A stretch of DNA of 64,000 bases, taken from NCBI RefSeq assembly GCF_004010195.1, contig NC_057750.1, forward strand, positions 4,754,745 to 4,818,744, given 5' to 3'. Shown here one piece after another: positions 52,601 through 64,000 of this stretch. Each line of letters begins with the position of its first letter. Within the stretch, counting starts at the first letter, position 1. The translations under genes and the position numbers were made by a program. This stretch comes from Chiloscyllium plagiosum. Lineage: Eukaryota. The notes under the pieces were generated by a model. It saw only the letters and a list, made by a program, of their open reading frames with translations, was not told where the DNA came from and did no database searches.

Positions 52601-54946
52601 TGATACTGCAGAATTGAATGGCCTGTGGATATCCAGTAGTTACATCCATTATGGTCAACAAATACTGATTCCCACTTCTTTCAGTAGGGGTCGTACACAA
52701 TCAATTAAGACTCTCATGAAAGGTTCCTCAAATGCAGAAGTGGGGATTAAGGTTGCTGACGTTATTGCTGCCTGTGTTTTTCTAATTACCTGACACATAT
52801 GACATACCTGGCAAAAGACAACCACATCCTGATGCAGTCCAGGCCAGTAAAAATGTTTTTGTATTTTGGCTTAAGTTTTCTTTACTCCTAAATGACCTCC
52901 TACTGTTAATTCATGTGCTACCTGCAACTCATCCTTGCTATGACCAGAAATACAACTTGATGAACTTCTGCTCATTTTTCATCTGCCTGAATATGTGATT
53001 GCCTCTATTTCCTCATCATGACTTCATGTTAAAGATAGTAACATTCTGAGATACACTCAGATTCTACTGCTTTGATTACAACTGCTTTAGTTTTTCAACT
53101 TTCCATTGGAATTCAATTAATTTATCTAAACTAAAAATACCCACTTTATCCTCCACTTGTTCTTTCTTTTTCAATTATTTGATCAAACTCAGTTTCTGAT
53201 AATTAAACTTCAACTTCCTTATCTTTAATCATGAAGCTGCTGCATAAGATAAGGACTTTGAGCTTTCATTTCCAACCTCTGTAGTTCAAAAACTCTCTCT
53301 TTCTCCCTTTCGTTTGTGAGGGCCTTCCTTTCCCTTTTTCCTCTGCTTTCAAACGATTTCATTTTCTTTTCATGATCATTTGCAATTGAATTTAAGCCAT
53401 TTACAATTATTCTAATGGCGTATCTGGCAATCATACATAGCAAGCTAATGTTGCAATTATCTCCCCTTTTCTCACAGACAAAAGCAACCCCAACTCCAGC
53501 TTGACTGCCAGTTTCAAAAGCTTTGCCTTCCTCACTTTCTGTAAAATTCTCGAAGTGACTTCTTCCACCTCCAGGAAATTCTCAGTGGCTGAAATGAGCC
53601 ATTTCTACGCAAGGCACAGCCTATTAAACTAACAGAATGCAACACCTGAGAAAAGAACACCAACACTTACTGCGGCTGTACAGGACATTGGTTAGGCCAC
53701 TGTTGGAATATTGCGTGCAAATCTGGTCTCCTTTCTATCGGAAAGAAGTTGTGAAACTTGAAAGGGTTCAGAAAAGATTTACAAGGGTTGGAGGATTTGA
53801 GCTATAGGGAGAGGCTGAATAGGCTGGGGTTGTTTCCCCTGGAGCGTTGGAGGCTGAAGAGTAACCTTATACAAATTTATAAAATCATGAGGGGCATGGA
53901 TAGGATAAATAGACAAAGTCTTTTCCCTGGGGTAGGGGAGTCCAAAACTAGAGGGCATCGGTTTAGGGTGGGAGGAGAAAGATATAAAAGAGACCTAAGG
54001 GGCAACTTTTTCACGCAGAGAGTGGTACATGTATGGAGTGAGCTCCTAGATGAAGTGGCGGAGGCTGGTACAATTGCAGCATTTAAAAGGTATCTGGATG
54101 TGAATATGATTAGGAAGGGTTTGGAGGGATACGGGCCGGGTGCTGGCAGGTGGGACTAGATTGGGTTGGGATATCTGGTCGGCGTGGACAAGTCGAACTG
54201 AAAGATCTGTTTCTATGCTGTACATCTCTATGACTCCACGCATTGCCTTTGAGTCCAGTAATCCAAACGCAATCTGGAATTAGAGTTTATGATCCTGATA
54301 AGAGTTACCAATTTGTTATGGACCAGACTAAACCCCCTCAAAACATTATTAAGAAGATAGCCTTGACACTAACTTTTTCTTACTTTAAAGGTACAGGTAA
54401 GGCATTGCGTTCGAGATGCAACTCAATTGCCAAACTATTCAACTTTAAGCAAAACACATTCTATTTTTATACTACAGTTAAAGTGCAGACAAAATAAAAA
54501 AAAGGATTGGCTTAACTGTATCTCTATTGAAATGCTTAACAAAATAATGTATACATTACTACTAATTAACTGTTCCAGTGTAGTAACATTCCATAAATCC
54601 TTGACAGAGACAAATTCAGTGAAATAGATTGTCTCACATGTAATTCTAGCAGGAAGAGAACCCCAGCTTTTAGCTGTAACTGAGAGAGGAATAAGAGCTT
54701 CCACATCCAGCTTCAAGATCCCAGCAACTGCTACTAAAAGCTAAAACTAAAAATCCCTGGTTCTATGGGTGGAACTTGACTCCACCCGTTCAAGCTGCTT
54801 CTATTGTTCCAACTTAAAAAAAAACCCAAAGACTCACAAGCTGTTTATTGGCATTGAGCAGACCACTCATTGCCTCTGTATCAACCTTGCTTGATTAAAA
54901 AAAAATCAGGACCAAATATACCTCTTAAAGCCATAATATCTTCACA
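49615..54946 (-). mobile_element. Full-length decayed Ty3/Gypsy LTR retrotransposon, Gmr1-like domain order
   Basis: Related LTRs at 49615-50243 and 54314-54946 (TG...CA), 4-bp TSD GTAG on both sides, polypurine tract at 50244-50253. Minus-strand remnants in order: gag-like (about 53225-53600), integrase (GGHLG...HFYWPGL...C-x2-C, about 52180-52930), RT (SYPISHLEDC, LLRGYWQV, VYIDDL about 51210-51240), RNase H (about 50550-50880). Confidence 0.92.
53671..54236 (+). mobile_element. CR1 3' fragment nested in the Gypsy element
   Basis: ORF 53758-54159 is a CR1 ORF2 C-terminus, followed by the tail. Confidence 0.92.
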
Positions 54947-55807
54947 GTAGCATGCACTGCACTTAGCAAAATAACAACCAGAACCACCCAATCCTAAGAC
55001 AAGGGCAAGTGGGTGGTAAAGGGAATCCAAACTGGTCGGCATGGACGAGTTGGACCAAAGGGTCTGTTTCTGTGCTGTACATCTCTATGACTTTATCAAC
55101 TAAACAAACAAGACACCATCATTCTGTAGTTCATTTCTCAGGACTATGTCCTGACCAGTCAGTCAATATTCCTACTTTAGAATGAACAAAGTTTGACAAT
55201 TAACTATCAAATATCATTTAACTGGGGCATTCTCCACTTTAACCAATCAGAGTCCACTTGCCAACCAATCAGCTATTCTTACATTGTTTCAAAAAGATTA
55301 TTGTCCTTTTCTTTTATATTCTTGTCCTGATGGGTGCAAGGCTGGAAGCTTTGACAAAATTTTATTGTTTCAAGACTCAACTCCTGTACTACCAAATGTT
55401 CATTTGAATAGAAGATATGATGTCTCCCTATTCACCACATCCTGCACTTACTTAAAACTTGTTACATTGCAATGTTTTCCAGTCCTTGACACAGGAGCAC
55501 TCTGACACGTTAACTCAGTTTGTTTTTTCACAGATGCTGTCAAATCTGCATGTTTTTTTTTCAGCATTTTCTGTTTTTATTTCTGATTACCAGCATCCAT
55601 AGTACAGGAGAACTAAAAAGAATAATCCCAACTTTGCTGTTGGTGCCCTCTTCTGGAATGTTGGCAGAACAAATCTATTTCAGTGCATTTACAGAGGAAC
55701 CTCGATTATCCGAACGAGATGGATGGGCACGATTTCATTCGGATAATTGATTATTCGGATAATCGATTTTACCTTAAACAAGGAAAGCCATACTGATCCA
55801 ATGCTGT

Positions 55808-56072
55808 GCTGAAAATGTGTTGCTGGAAAAGCGCAGCAGGTCAGGCAGCATCCAGGGAACAGGAGAATCGACGTTTCGGGCAACCAGAGAATTTGTTGAA
55901 ATCTATAGTTTTAATGAGCTGAAAATTGTGTTGCTGGAAAAGCTTCCTGAAGAAGGGCCTATGCCCGAAACGTCGATTCTCCTGCTCCTTGGATGCTGCC
56001 TGACCTGCTGCGCTTTTCCAGCAACACATTTTTCAGTTCTGATCTCCAGCATCTGCAGTCCTCACTTTCTCC
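55808..56072. mobile_element. Two family A Penelope-derived inserts nested in a MITE
   Basis: The second insert (55919-56072) has a 13-bp TSD TAGTTTTAATGAG at 55906-55918 and 56073-56085. Confidence 0.8.
55944..55980 (+). ncRNA. Minimal hammerhead ribozyme motif (family A)
   Basis: CTGAAGA (55947-55953)-A-GGGC(CTAT)GCCC-GAAA (55967-55970)-CG-TC. Stem I is short. Confidence 0.7.
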
Positions 56073-57139
56073 TAGTTTTAATGAGTCTGCTATTTAAACA
56101 AACTAATCTTTGCATTCTGCAAATTACATGTTAAACTGAGAAAGACTAAGCCTTTACTGTCACATAAATACTGTGCTGTATATGAAATCCCAGCATTAAA
56201 CAAGGTCCCGAACAGCTTCTACGATTGCAAGAGCATTGTCAGTTTCCAGGAACTCAGTCTCGTGATAGAAAGACAGAAGCACAACCTCGCACATGTGTTT
56301 ATGTTCTCGGCCATTTTTTTCATCAACGGCCCAGTTAAGTGATGGAAATATTGTAAAACACTGCGAAGGGCTGTGTAACTAACTCTTACCTAAAAAATAT
56401 CCAGTCGCTGATGCTTGAGCTGCTGGTGTTTCTTTGTTTTTGCCAACGTTTTCGCATGTTTTTCAGTACAGGTAATCTGAATACACTTACCTCTTTGATG
56501 TAACGTTTTTGCGGGACCTTGAAATCTTCTTTGGATAATCCACAATTCGAATAATCGACACTCATCTAATCGAGGTTCCTCTGTAGTACTCTTATATAAA
56601 AATTGTTCTAGAATTTGCTGCCCAAAGGCATCTAATTTGCACCCACCAAGCTACCACACATAGCAGTACGATGATGATCAGAGAGGCCTTTGCTGTGGTA
56701 TTTAGTTGAGGAATAAATATTGGCCAGGACTCTGGGGAGAATTCTCTACGCTTCTTCGCTGTAATGCCATGAAATCAAACAAAGAACTGCAGTCGCTGGA
56801 AATCTAAAACAAAAACATAAAGTGCTGGAGACACCCAATAGTTCTGACAGCATCTGTGATATGTCTGAATGAGGGAGCTGATGGCTCAAGGTTTCATTCT
56901 GAAAAATGTCACTTTTGATAATGCAGCCCTCTCTCAGTATTGCAGTGGTTAAGTTCAGCGTTAAGATGAGTGCACCACGGCATGGTAACTCTAAGAAAAC
57001 CAGGGATACACGTTATGAACTCTGCTTATACCATTTTCTTCAGACTCCCATAACAAGAAGCACACACCTCACAGAATCCCAAACCACAGAATCTTGGGCT
57101 GCAGGGACAATGCCAGGAACAATGCATTTGAAAAAGTGA

Positions 57140-58968
57140 CAATAAAGATTGATGAAGGCAGAGTGATAGACATTGTCTATATGGACTTCAGCAAGACATT
57201 CAATATGATAGACTGGTTAGCAAGATTAGCTCATATGAGGTCCAGGGAGAGTTAGCCATTTGGATACAAAATTGACTTGAAGACAGGAAACAGAGGGTGG
57301 TGGTGGAGGGTTTTTCGAATTGGAGGTCTATGACCAGCTGTGTGTCGCAAGAATCAATGCAGAGTCTACTGCTTTTTGTCATTTGGTTGTGAATCTAGGA
57401 GGAATGGTTAGTACATTTACAGGTATCACCAATATAGGTATGTAGTGGACAGTGAAGATTATCTCAGAGAACAATGGGACCTTGATCCGATGGACTAATG
57501 GGCCAATGAGTGGCAGATGAGTTTACTTCAGATAAATGTGAGGTGTTGCATTTTGATAAGGTAAACAAGGACAGGACTTAAATGTTTAATGATTGAATCC
57601 TGGGGGGTATTGCTGAACAAAGAGACCTTGGGGTGCAGGTTCATAGTTCCTTGAAAGTGGAGTCGCAGTTAGACAAGGTTGTGAAGATGTTTGGCATGCT
57701 TGCCTTTATTGATCGGTGCATTCAGTACAAAAAAGTTGGGATATCCTGTACAGGATATTGGTTGGGTCACTTTTGGAATACTGTGTTCAATTCTGGTATC
57801 CCTGCTATAGGAAAAATGTTGTTAAAACTTGAAAAGCTTCAGAAAAGATTTACAAGGATGTTGTTGGGATTGGACGGATTGAGCTGACCTTACAAAGGTT
57901 TATAAGATGATAAGAGGCATGCATAAGGTGAACAGCCATGGTCTTTTTCCCAGGGTGGTGATATGGAGGTGTAAGGGATATTGTACCTTTAAGAGAGTTG
58001 AAGGACTTAGCAAGCACAGAGTTATGGAGAATTTACAATGTAACATTTGGTCCAGCAGCTAGCAGTACCTGGGTTGCTAAGAGACAAAAGAAAATTCAGA
58101 TTCAGCCAATCAGTTTAAATTATGCCCCAAGATACTAAACTCAATCAAGTTTGACTTTGGTATTTTGGCAATATTAAAACCAATAAAACAATCCAATGCT
58201 TTGGGGTATAAATCTGGGAAAAATTGAACATTTGGGGGAGAACTGCCAAAAGACCAACAGATGTAGGCTGCTCGTAAGAATTCTCTAAGAAGTAACTGTC
58301 TGGAGAAGGAGTTTGCGCAGGGGAAAAGATCAACACCGACCTGGAGAACAAATCTACACAGGAAGACACCAGGAGAAGATTCGACAGCTGGCTGGTTTTG
58401 AAATTTGAATTTTTCTGTAAATCCTAATTGGGGATTTTATCAGACCAGTATTGTAGAGGGGAAGGTAAAAGATAGGTTTAGATAAATGAGTGGCAAATAA
58501 TTGTTAGTTAAATATTCTCTGTTAGACTTAAAAAAATTAAAGTTATTAATTTTTGCTTTAAATAGTGACTTTGGGATAGTTTTTCTCCTCTTTAACAGAT
58601 TACAGCACAGGTTAAATCATTTGTCTGCAGGTTTAAATTAACAGGAGGTGTTTACCCCGTGTCGTAACAGTAGGGAGTCCAAAACTAGAGGGCATAGGCT
58701 TAAGGTGAGAGGTGAAAGATTTAAAAGGGACATCTTTTTCATGCAGAGGATGGTGCTTGTATGGAATGAGCTGCCGGTGAATGTGGTGGAGGCTGGTACA
58801 GTTACAACATTTAAAAGGCATCTGGACTGGTATATGAATAAGAAGGGTTTAGAGAAATATGGGCCAGATGCTGGCAAATGGGACCGAGATTAATTCAGGA
58901 TATCTAATCGACGTGGATGAGTTGATCCAAAGGGCCTATTTCCATGCTGTACAGATCTATGATTCTAT
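57140..58968 (+). mobile_element. CR1 RT-to-3' fragment split by a solo LTR
   Basis: DIVYMDFSKTF-like RT start near 57170; C-terminal region and tail resume at 58670. Confidence 0.85.
57959..58669. mobile_element. Solo LTR inserted into a CR1 element
   Basis: Starts TGATATG, ends CGTAACA. Interrupts CR1 sequence that resumes on both sides. 4-bp TSD GTGG/GTAG with one mismatch. Confidence 0.75.
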
Positions 58969-59220
58969 ATCTGCATTCTCCTAATTTTGGCCTCTTTTGC
59001 ATTCCCTGTTATATCTGTTCCACCATTGGGTGGCCTTAAGCTGCCTAAGTCCCAAGCTCTGTAATTCCCTAAACCTCTCCACTTCACTTTCCTCCTTTAA
59101 GACACTTAAAATCTACCACTTTTAGTCATCTGACCTAATATCTCCTTATGTGGCTTGGTGTCATAAAGAACCTTGGGATATCTCATCAAGTTGAACAAAT
59201 GTTATACAAATGTCAGCTGT

Positions 59221-59426
59221 TGGTAGCAGGAGTGCTCACCTGCAGAGCACTGGTAGCAGAAGTGCTTACCTGCACAGCTCCAGTAGCAGGAGTGCTCACC
59301 TGCAGAGCACTGGTAGTAGGAGTGCTTACCTGCAGAGCACTGGTAGCAGAAGTGCTTACCTGCACAGCTCCAGTAGCAGGAGTGCTCACCTGCAGAGCAC
59401 TGGTAGTAGGAGTGCTTACCTGCAGA
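59221..59426 (-). repeat. Second array of the same 30-bp minisatellite (7 units)
   Basis: Plus-strand unit tggtagcaggagtgctYacctgcagagcac. Units 2-4 repeat as units 5-7 (90-bp higher-order period). Confidence 0.95.
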
Positions 59427-59599
59427 AGTGTCAAATTGATCTCTGTATGACCTTAATTAAGGCCATTTCCTCACAAAATGCACAACACTTATCCTCAAAA
59501 GAGAAACATCAGGTGAGACACAGTTTATGCCATAAGCAATAGCCAGCTCCCATCAATTAATGACCAGCCAAATTTAAGATATACTTTTTTTCATATCTA

Positions 59600-60155
59600 T
59601 TTAATATTACTTTTCATGGGAAAATTTTGAAATTACAAAGATCAGAATCAAACATCTTGTGACATTTAAGGTTGCAATAGAAAAAAAAAACATATCATGC
59701 CTACCCCTAGAATGCAGAATTATCAAACATAAGTGAAAAAAAACGCACAAAAATAAAATGCATTGTGATCTGAATGCATATCTTACAGATTGCTTGATAG
59801 AAGCAGGTCCGAGTGTTTCCTGCTCAGAGTATTGTACTGTAAATTAGGTTTTGTTACAAAACCATGTGTTGTATAAATTCTCCCCTTTATTTTAAAATGT
59901 TTGCTGGTATGAAAAAGAAACAAATTTTACAAAAAACACCACAGAAAGTTAGTTAACATCACAACAAAGATTCCTTTTTTATCCCCCGGACTTACAAATA
60001 CAGAAGACCTAAAACCTCTTTTTGAAACAATTAAGATTATATGCTCGATGTTGCAGCCTACTGTGAATAAGAATAAGAAAAAAAATGATAGCCTTTTGCT
60101 AATAATAGAGGACCCATGGCAAAACATGATTTTTCTCTTTTTTTCTCTTTCGCTT
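59600..60155 (-). other. H3.3 3' UTR with candidate poly(A) signals
   Basis: AU-rich, repeat-free sequence after the stop codon. AATAAA at 59886-59891 and ATTAAA at 59600-59605 on the minus strand. No histone stem-loop seen, consistent with a polyadenylated replacement histone. Confidence 0.65.
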
Positions 60156-60329
<174 letters not shown>

Positions 60330-60339
60330 TTATCTCAGG

Positions 60340-61055
60340 TTAATTTTGGGTGGACTAACAAGGCAAGAGTACAAAATGAATGGTAGGACCCTAGGGTCCA
60401 GTGGATCTAAGGGATGTTGGTATGCCTGATCATAGATCTGTGAAGGCAACAGGACAGCTGGACAAGGTTGTTGTGAGGTGCTTGTCTTTATTAATCAATA
60501 CATTGAATACAAAATCAGGGAAGTTATAATAGAGCTGCATAAGATATTAGTTTGGCTACAGCTGGAGTACAATGTGCAGCATGGTATAGGAAAGATATGA
60601 TTGCACTAAAGAGGGTGCAGAGGAGATTCACCAGGATGGAGTGATTTAAATAAGAGACTGGGTAGGCTGGGAACGTTTTCTTTCGAGCACAGAATGCTGA
60701 AGGGGGACCTGATTGAGGTGCACAAATGAGATGCATCTGAAGAAACTTCTCCCCATAGAGGCATCAACCAGCAGGCATATACTTAAGGTATAGGAGAGGG
60801 ATTAGAGTGGATTTAACAGAAAATATCACCCAGTGTGTGTTGGCTATCTGGAACTCACTACATGAAAAGGTTTAGAGGTGGGACCCCTCACAACGTTTAA
60901 GAAGTATTTAGATGATCATTTGAAGTGCCATTGCATAGAAACTATGGATCATGTGCTGGAAAAGGAGACTGAAATAGATAGGTGTTTGGTTATTTTCAAA
61001 GACATGTGGATGAAAGTCTTCCTTCCATGCTGTGTATCTCTATAACTCTACGACT
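60340..61055 (+). mobile_element. Old CR1 fragment in the last H3.3 intron (antisense to the gene)
   Basis: Degenerate gagggtgcagaggagattcaccaggatg and CR1 tail. Confidence 0.75.
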
Positions 61056-61387
61056 GAAAGTTCTCTGTACACTTCTGATGTATCAGAAAGCAAGCAACCA
61101 GCTACACTATACAGATACAGCAGCACAGAAACTGGCCATTTAGCCTAAATGGTTTATGCCAAATACAAGAGCAGGGAGGTCATGAGGCTTCATCACTCCT
61201 CTCATTAGCAGTTTTCCATTCCTTTGCCTTGTGTTATTAGGCTTCATCCTAAGTGAATCTATGCCATTTGTCCTCCATGTGTCGTCTTCTTAACAACACA
61301 ATCCTCACCCAGCAGCAGAGGACTCAGAGGCCATGGAGCATTTCAGCACTTCAGCCTCTTCATCACTAATCTTATTCTGAACCAAGG

Positions 61388-61875
<488 letters not shown>

Positions 61876-62412
61876 TTATTAAAAATCTACAATAGTGGGT
61901 CTTGCAACCATTTAAAACAAAAGGACAGAACTTTTCAGATAAAACTTGCCATCAAAATGGTCAATGGGAACATACTCCCCACATCAAATCCTGCAGGCCT
62001 TCCACGCCCACCTGAGCATTAAGTCCTGCCTGAATGAGTTGCTGTCTGTCTGATTGCTTGGCAACTCTCTGGGCCCAACAGTGTTGCTGGGGATCTCATG
62101 AAACAGTGCCATAAATCAGGCTGGAGGTAAGTAACATGGCCTATTGAAGGCCCAAATAAGGATAATTGTGGTGGTGGTGGCGGCGGTGGAAGCAGTGATG
62201 GTCGGAGGCTGTTTAGTTTCAAATACTGCCATTTTAGCGTCATAACAGCACAAGGGCCATTCAGTCTATTGAGACCATTCTGGTTCTTTGTATTACAGTC
62301 GAGTCATTTCTAATCCCCCTGCCAAATCCGTAGCCTGCAACTTTACTCTTGTCACTTGCCCATATCCAGTTTACTTCTAAATTACTGATCACCTCAGCTT
62401 CTACCCACCCTC

Positions 62413-62690
62413 TTTTTTTTTTAGACACTCCTGATTTTTAAAAAGTTTTTTTTTATTTTCTCCCACTTATTTTTTCCCACAGCCCCCATGTTATGTGCAT
62501 GTACAGGTGTGAGACACAGTGAAAGATACAAGGTGCACAAATCTTTATTCAATTTTCCACCACCAGGAAGAAAGGAAACACCCGAGTGGCCAGTGACAAG
62601 CAGTGCCTTTCACATCAAAGGGCAATGCTGTGTGATCAAACAGTGAAGGGGAGGGTAGGGAATAAATCAAAATAGAGTTGGAGGGGGAAG
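62413..62690 (-). mobile_element. 5'-truncated poly(A)-tailed LINE 3' end (L1/Tx1-like) in an H3.3 intron
   Basis: 12-bp TSD CTACCCACCCTC (62401-62412, 62691-62702), T-run at 62413-62422, AATAAA on the minus strand near 62545. Confidence 0.7.
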
Positions 62691-62829
62691 CTACCCACCC
62701 TCATAGGTGTAGTGATTGTAATGAGGTGAGGCAACTGGAAATCATTGAAAATGAGTTCGCTGATTGGGGCTGTTAATCTGGTCCAATCAGGGAGCCCTGA
62801 TAAAAAAAGGGTGAATGTCAGAGATACTG

Positions 62830-63206
62830 ATCTGGAGGTGCTGGTGTTGGACTGGGGTGTACAAAGTTACAAATCACACAACACCAGGTTATAGTCCAAC
62901 AGGTTTAATTGGAAGCACTAGCTTTCGGAGCGCTGCTCTTTCATCGGGTAGTTGTGGAGGACACAATTGTAAGACACAGAATTTATAGCAAAAGTTTACA
63001 GTGTGATGTAACTGAAATTATACAACAAACAATCAAGGTATTTTTCAATGTATAATTTCAGTTACATCACACTGTAAACTTTTGCTATAATTTCTGTGCC
63101 ATACAATTGTGTCCTCCACAACTACCCGATGAAGGAGTGGCACTCCGAAAGCTAGTGCTTCCAATTAAACCTGTTGGACTATAACCTGGTGTTTTGTGAT
63201 TTTTAA
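62830..63206. mobile_element. Fold-back Penelope-derived element (family C) in an H3.3 intron
   Basis: About 155-bp inverted arms (about 62866-63023 and 63050-63206) matching the terminus of the 19.6-21.6 kb element. Near-perfect TSD GTCAGAGATACTG / GTCAGAAATACTG (62817-62829, 63207-63219). Confidence 0.88.
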
Positions 63207-64000
63207 GTCAGAAATACTGGCACTCTGTTACATGACTCTGGATGAGGCAATACTAAAGTCAAGACCTGTTCATATGTAAATAGTGCTGTCAGAAAGTTCC
63301 AGGACTTTGACCCAGTGACAGTCAATGAACAGCAATATATTTCCAAATCAGGATGACATGTGATTTGAAGAAGGATTTGCAGGTGGGGTATTTACATCCT
63401 CCTGTCATTCCTTCTAGATGTTTGGGATTGCAAATTTGAATGAAACTATCAGAGGAGGCTAGTGAGTTAACATCTTGCAGATGGCATAAACTGCAGATGG
63501 CACAAATTGAAGGGATGCCAGTCAAATGGGCTTCTTGAACTTGTTGAGTTTCAAGTTGTTGGAAGTGCATGCAATGAGATAATTAGGGAATATTCCACTT
63601 TCCTCACTTGCGTTTTATAGACAGTGGAACTGAATGGTGAGTGGTGCAAATATGAAAACTAAACAGACACCCAGGACTATGAATGCCGCTATTTATACAC
63701 GTGGCAAGATGGGAACCTCTCAGTTATGCTCCAGCAATGTTAAATCACAGTAGGATATTTCTATTAATACCAAAAAGACGGCATGGGATTTTCTTTTTGT
63801 TAAAATCAGATTCAAATGTCCTGTGTGAATCATCCTTGCTCTGGAGCTGATGTGACTTGCCATTATTGATAAAGCCGCGTTGTTAAATAAGTAGGTCCAT
63901 CAGCACAGACTGCTTTACTGCATAAGGGACTCCTAATGCCTCCAGTGCAAGTCTGCCCTAACATTAACACCATTTTTGCAAGATCTCTCCCAGTAAGATC

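Larger units (their letters stand above)
55692..56583. mobile_element. Tigger/pogo-like (Tc1/mariner) non-autonomous DNA transposon
   Basis: 17-bp perfect TIR CAGAGGAACCTCGATTA, TA dinucleotide on both flanks, subterminal TTCGGATAAT-like repeats. Confidence 0.88.

Noticed and set aside
55320..55360. Possible fourth hammerhead family (TGTC-CTGATGG...AAGCTT-TGACA)
   Set aside because: Single copy with a broken core (no GAAA, CTGATGG); too degenerate to call.
59148..59542. Repetitive ORFs (VSTPATGAVQ, SRSAYLQSTG, VAGVLTCRAL repeats), also at 61305-61661
   Set aside because: By-products of a 30-bp stop-free minisatellite open in several frames; no evidence of a coding context.

Overview
Repeat-dense vertebrate genomic DNA, almost certainly from an elasmobranch (HE1-type V-SINEs, shark-like CR1 LINEs and Penelope-like elements). 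The only protein-coding gene I can support is an intron-containing histone H3.3 on the minus strand: the 154-nt middle coding exon at 61684-61837 and the 129-nt last exon at 60156-60284. Its first coding exon is not in the window. The rest is mostly transposon-derived: many SINE and CR1/L2 fragments, a decayed Penelope-like element (RT + GIY-YIG), a full-length decayed Ty3/Gypsy element with integrase upstream of RT (Gmr1-like), solo LTRs and a Tigger-like MITE. Highlights: (1) a ~30-bp minisatellite built from the H3.3 exon/intron junction. It places 10 extra copies of the 5' splice site behind an in-frame stop right after the real donor, and a second array of 7 donors just past the 3' UTR. 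(2) At least three families of short Penelope-derived elements carrying minimal hammerhead ribozyme motifs, often inserted as fold-back palindromes with 12-17 bp target-site duplications; one is a perfect 188-bp palindrome. (3) A CpG-rich element with tandem CACGTG E-boxes 7 bp apart and no identifiable gene. Repeat family names come from recall of consensus sequences, not a database search, and their boundaries are approximate.
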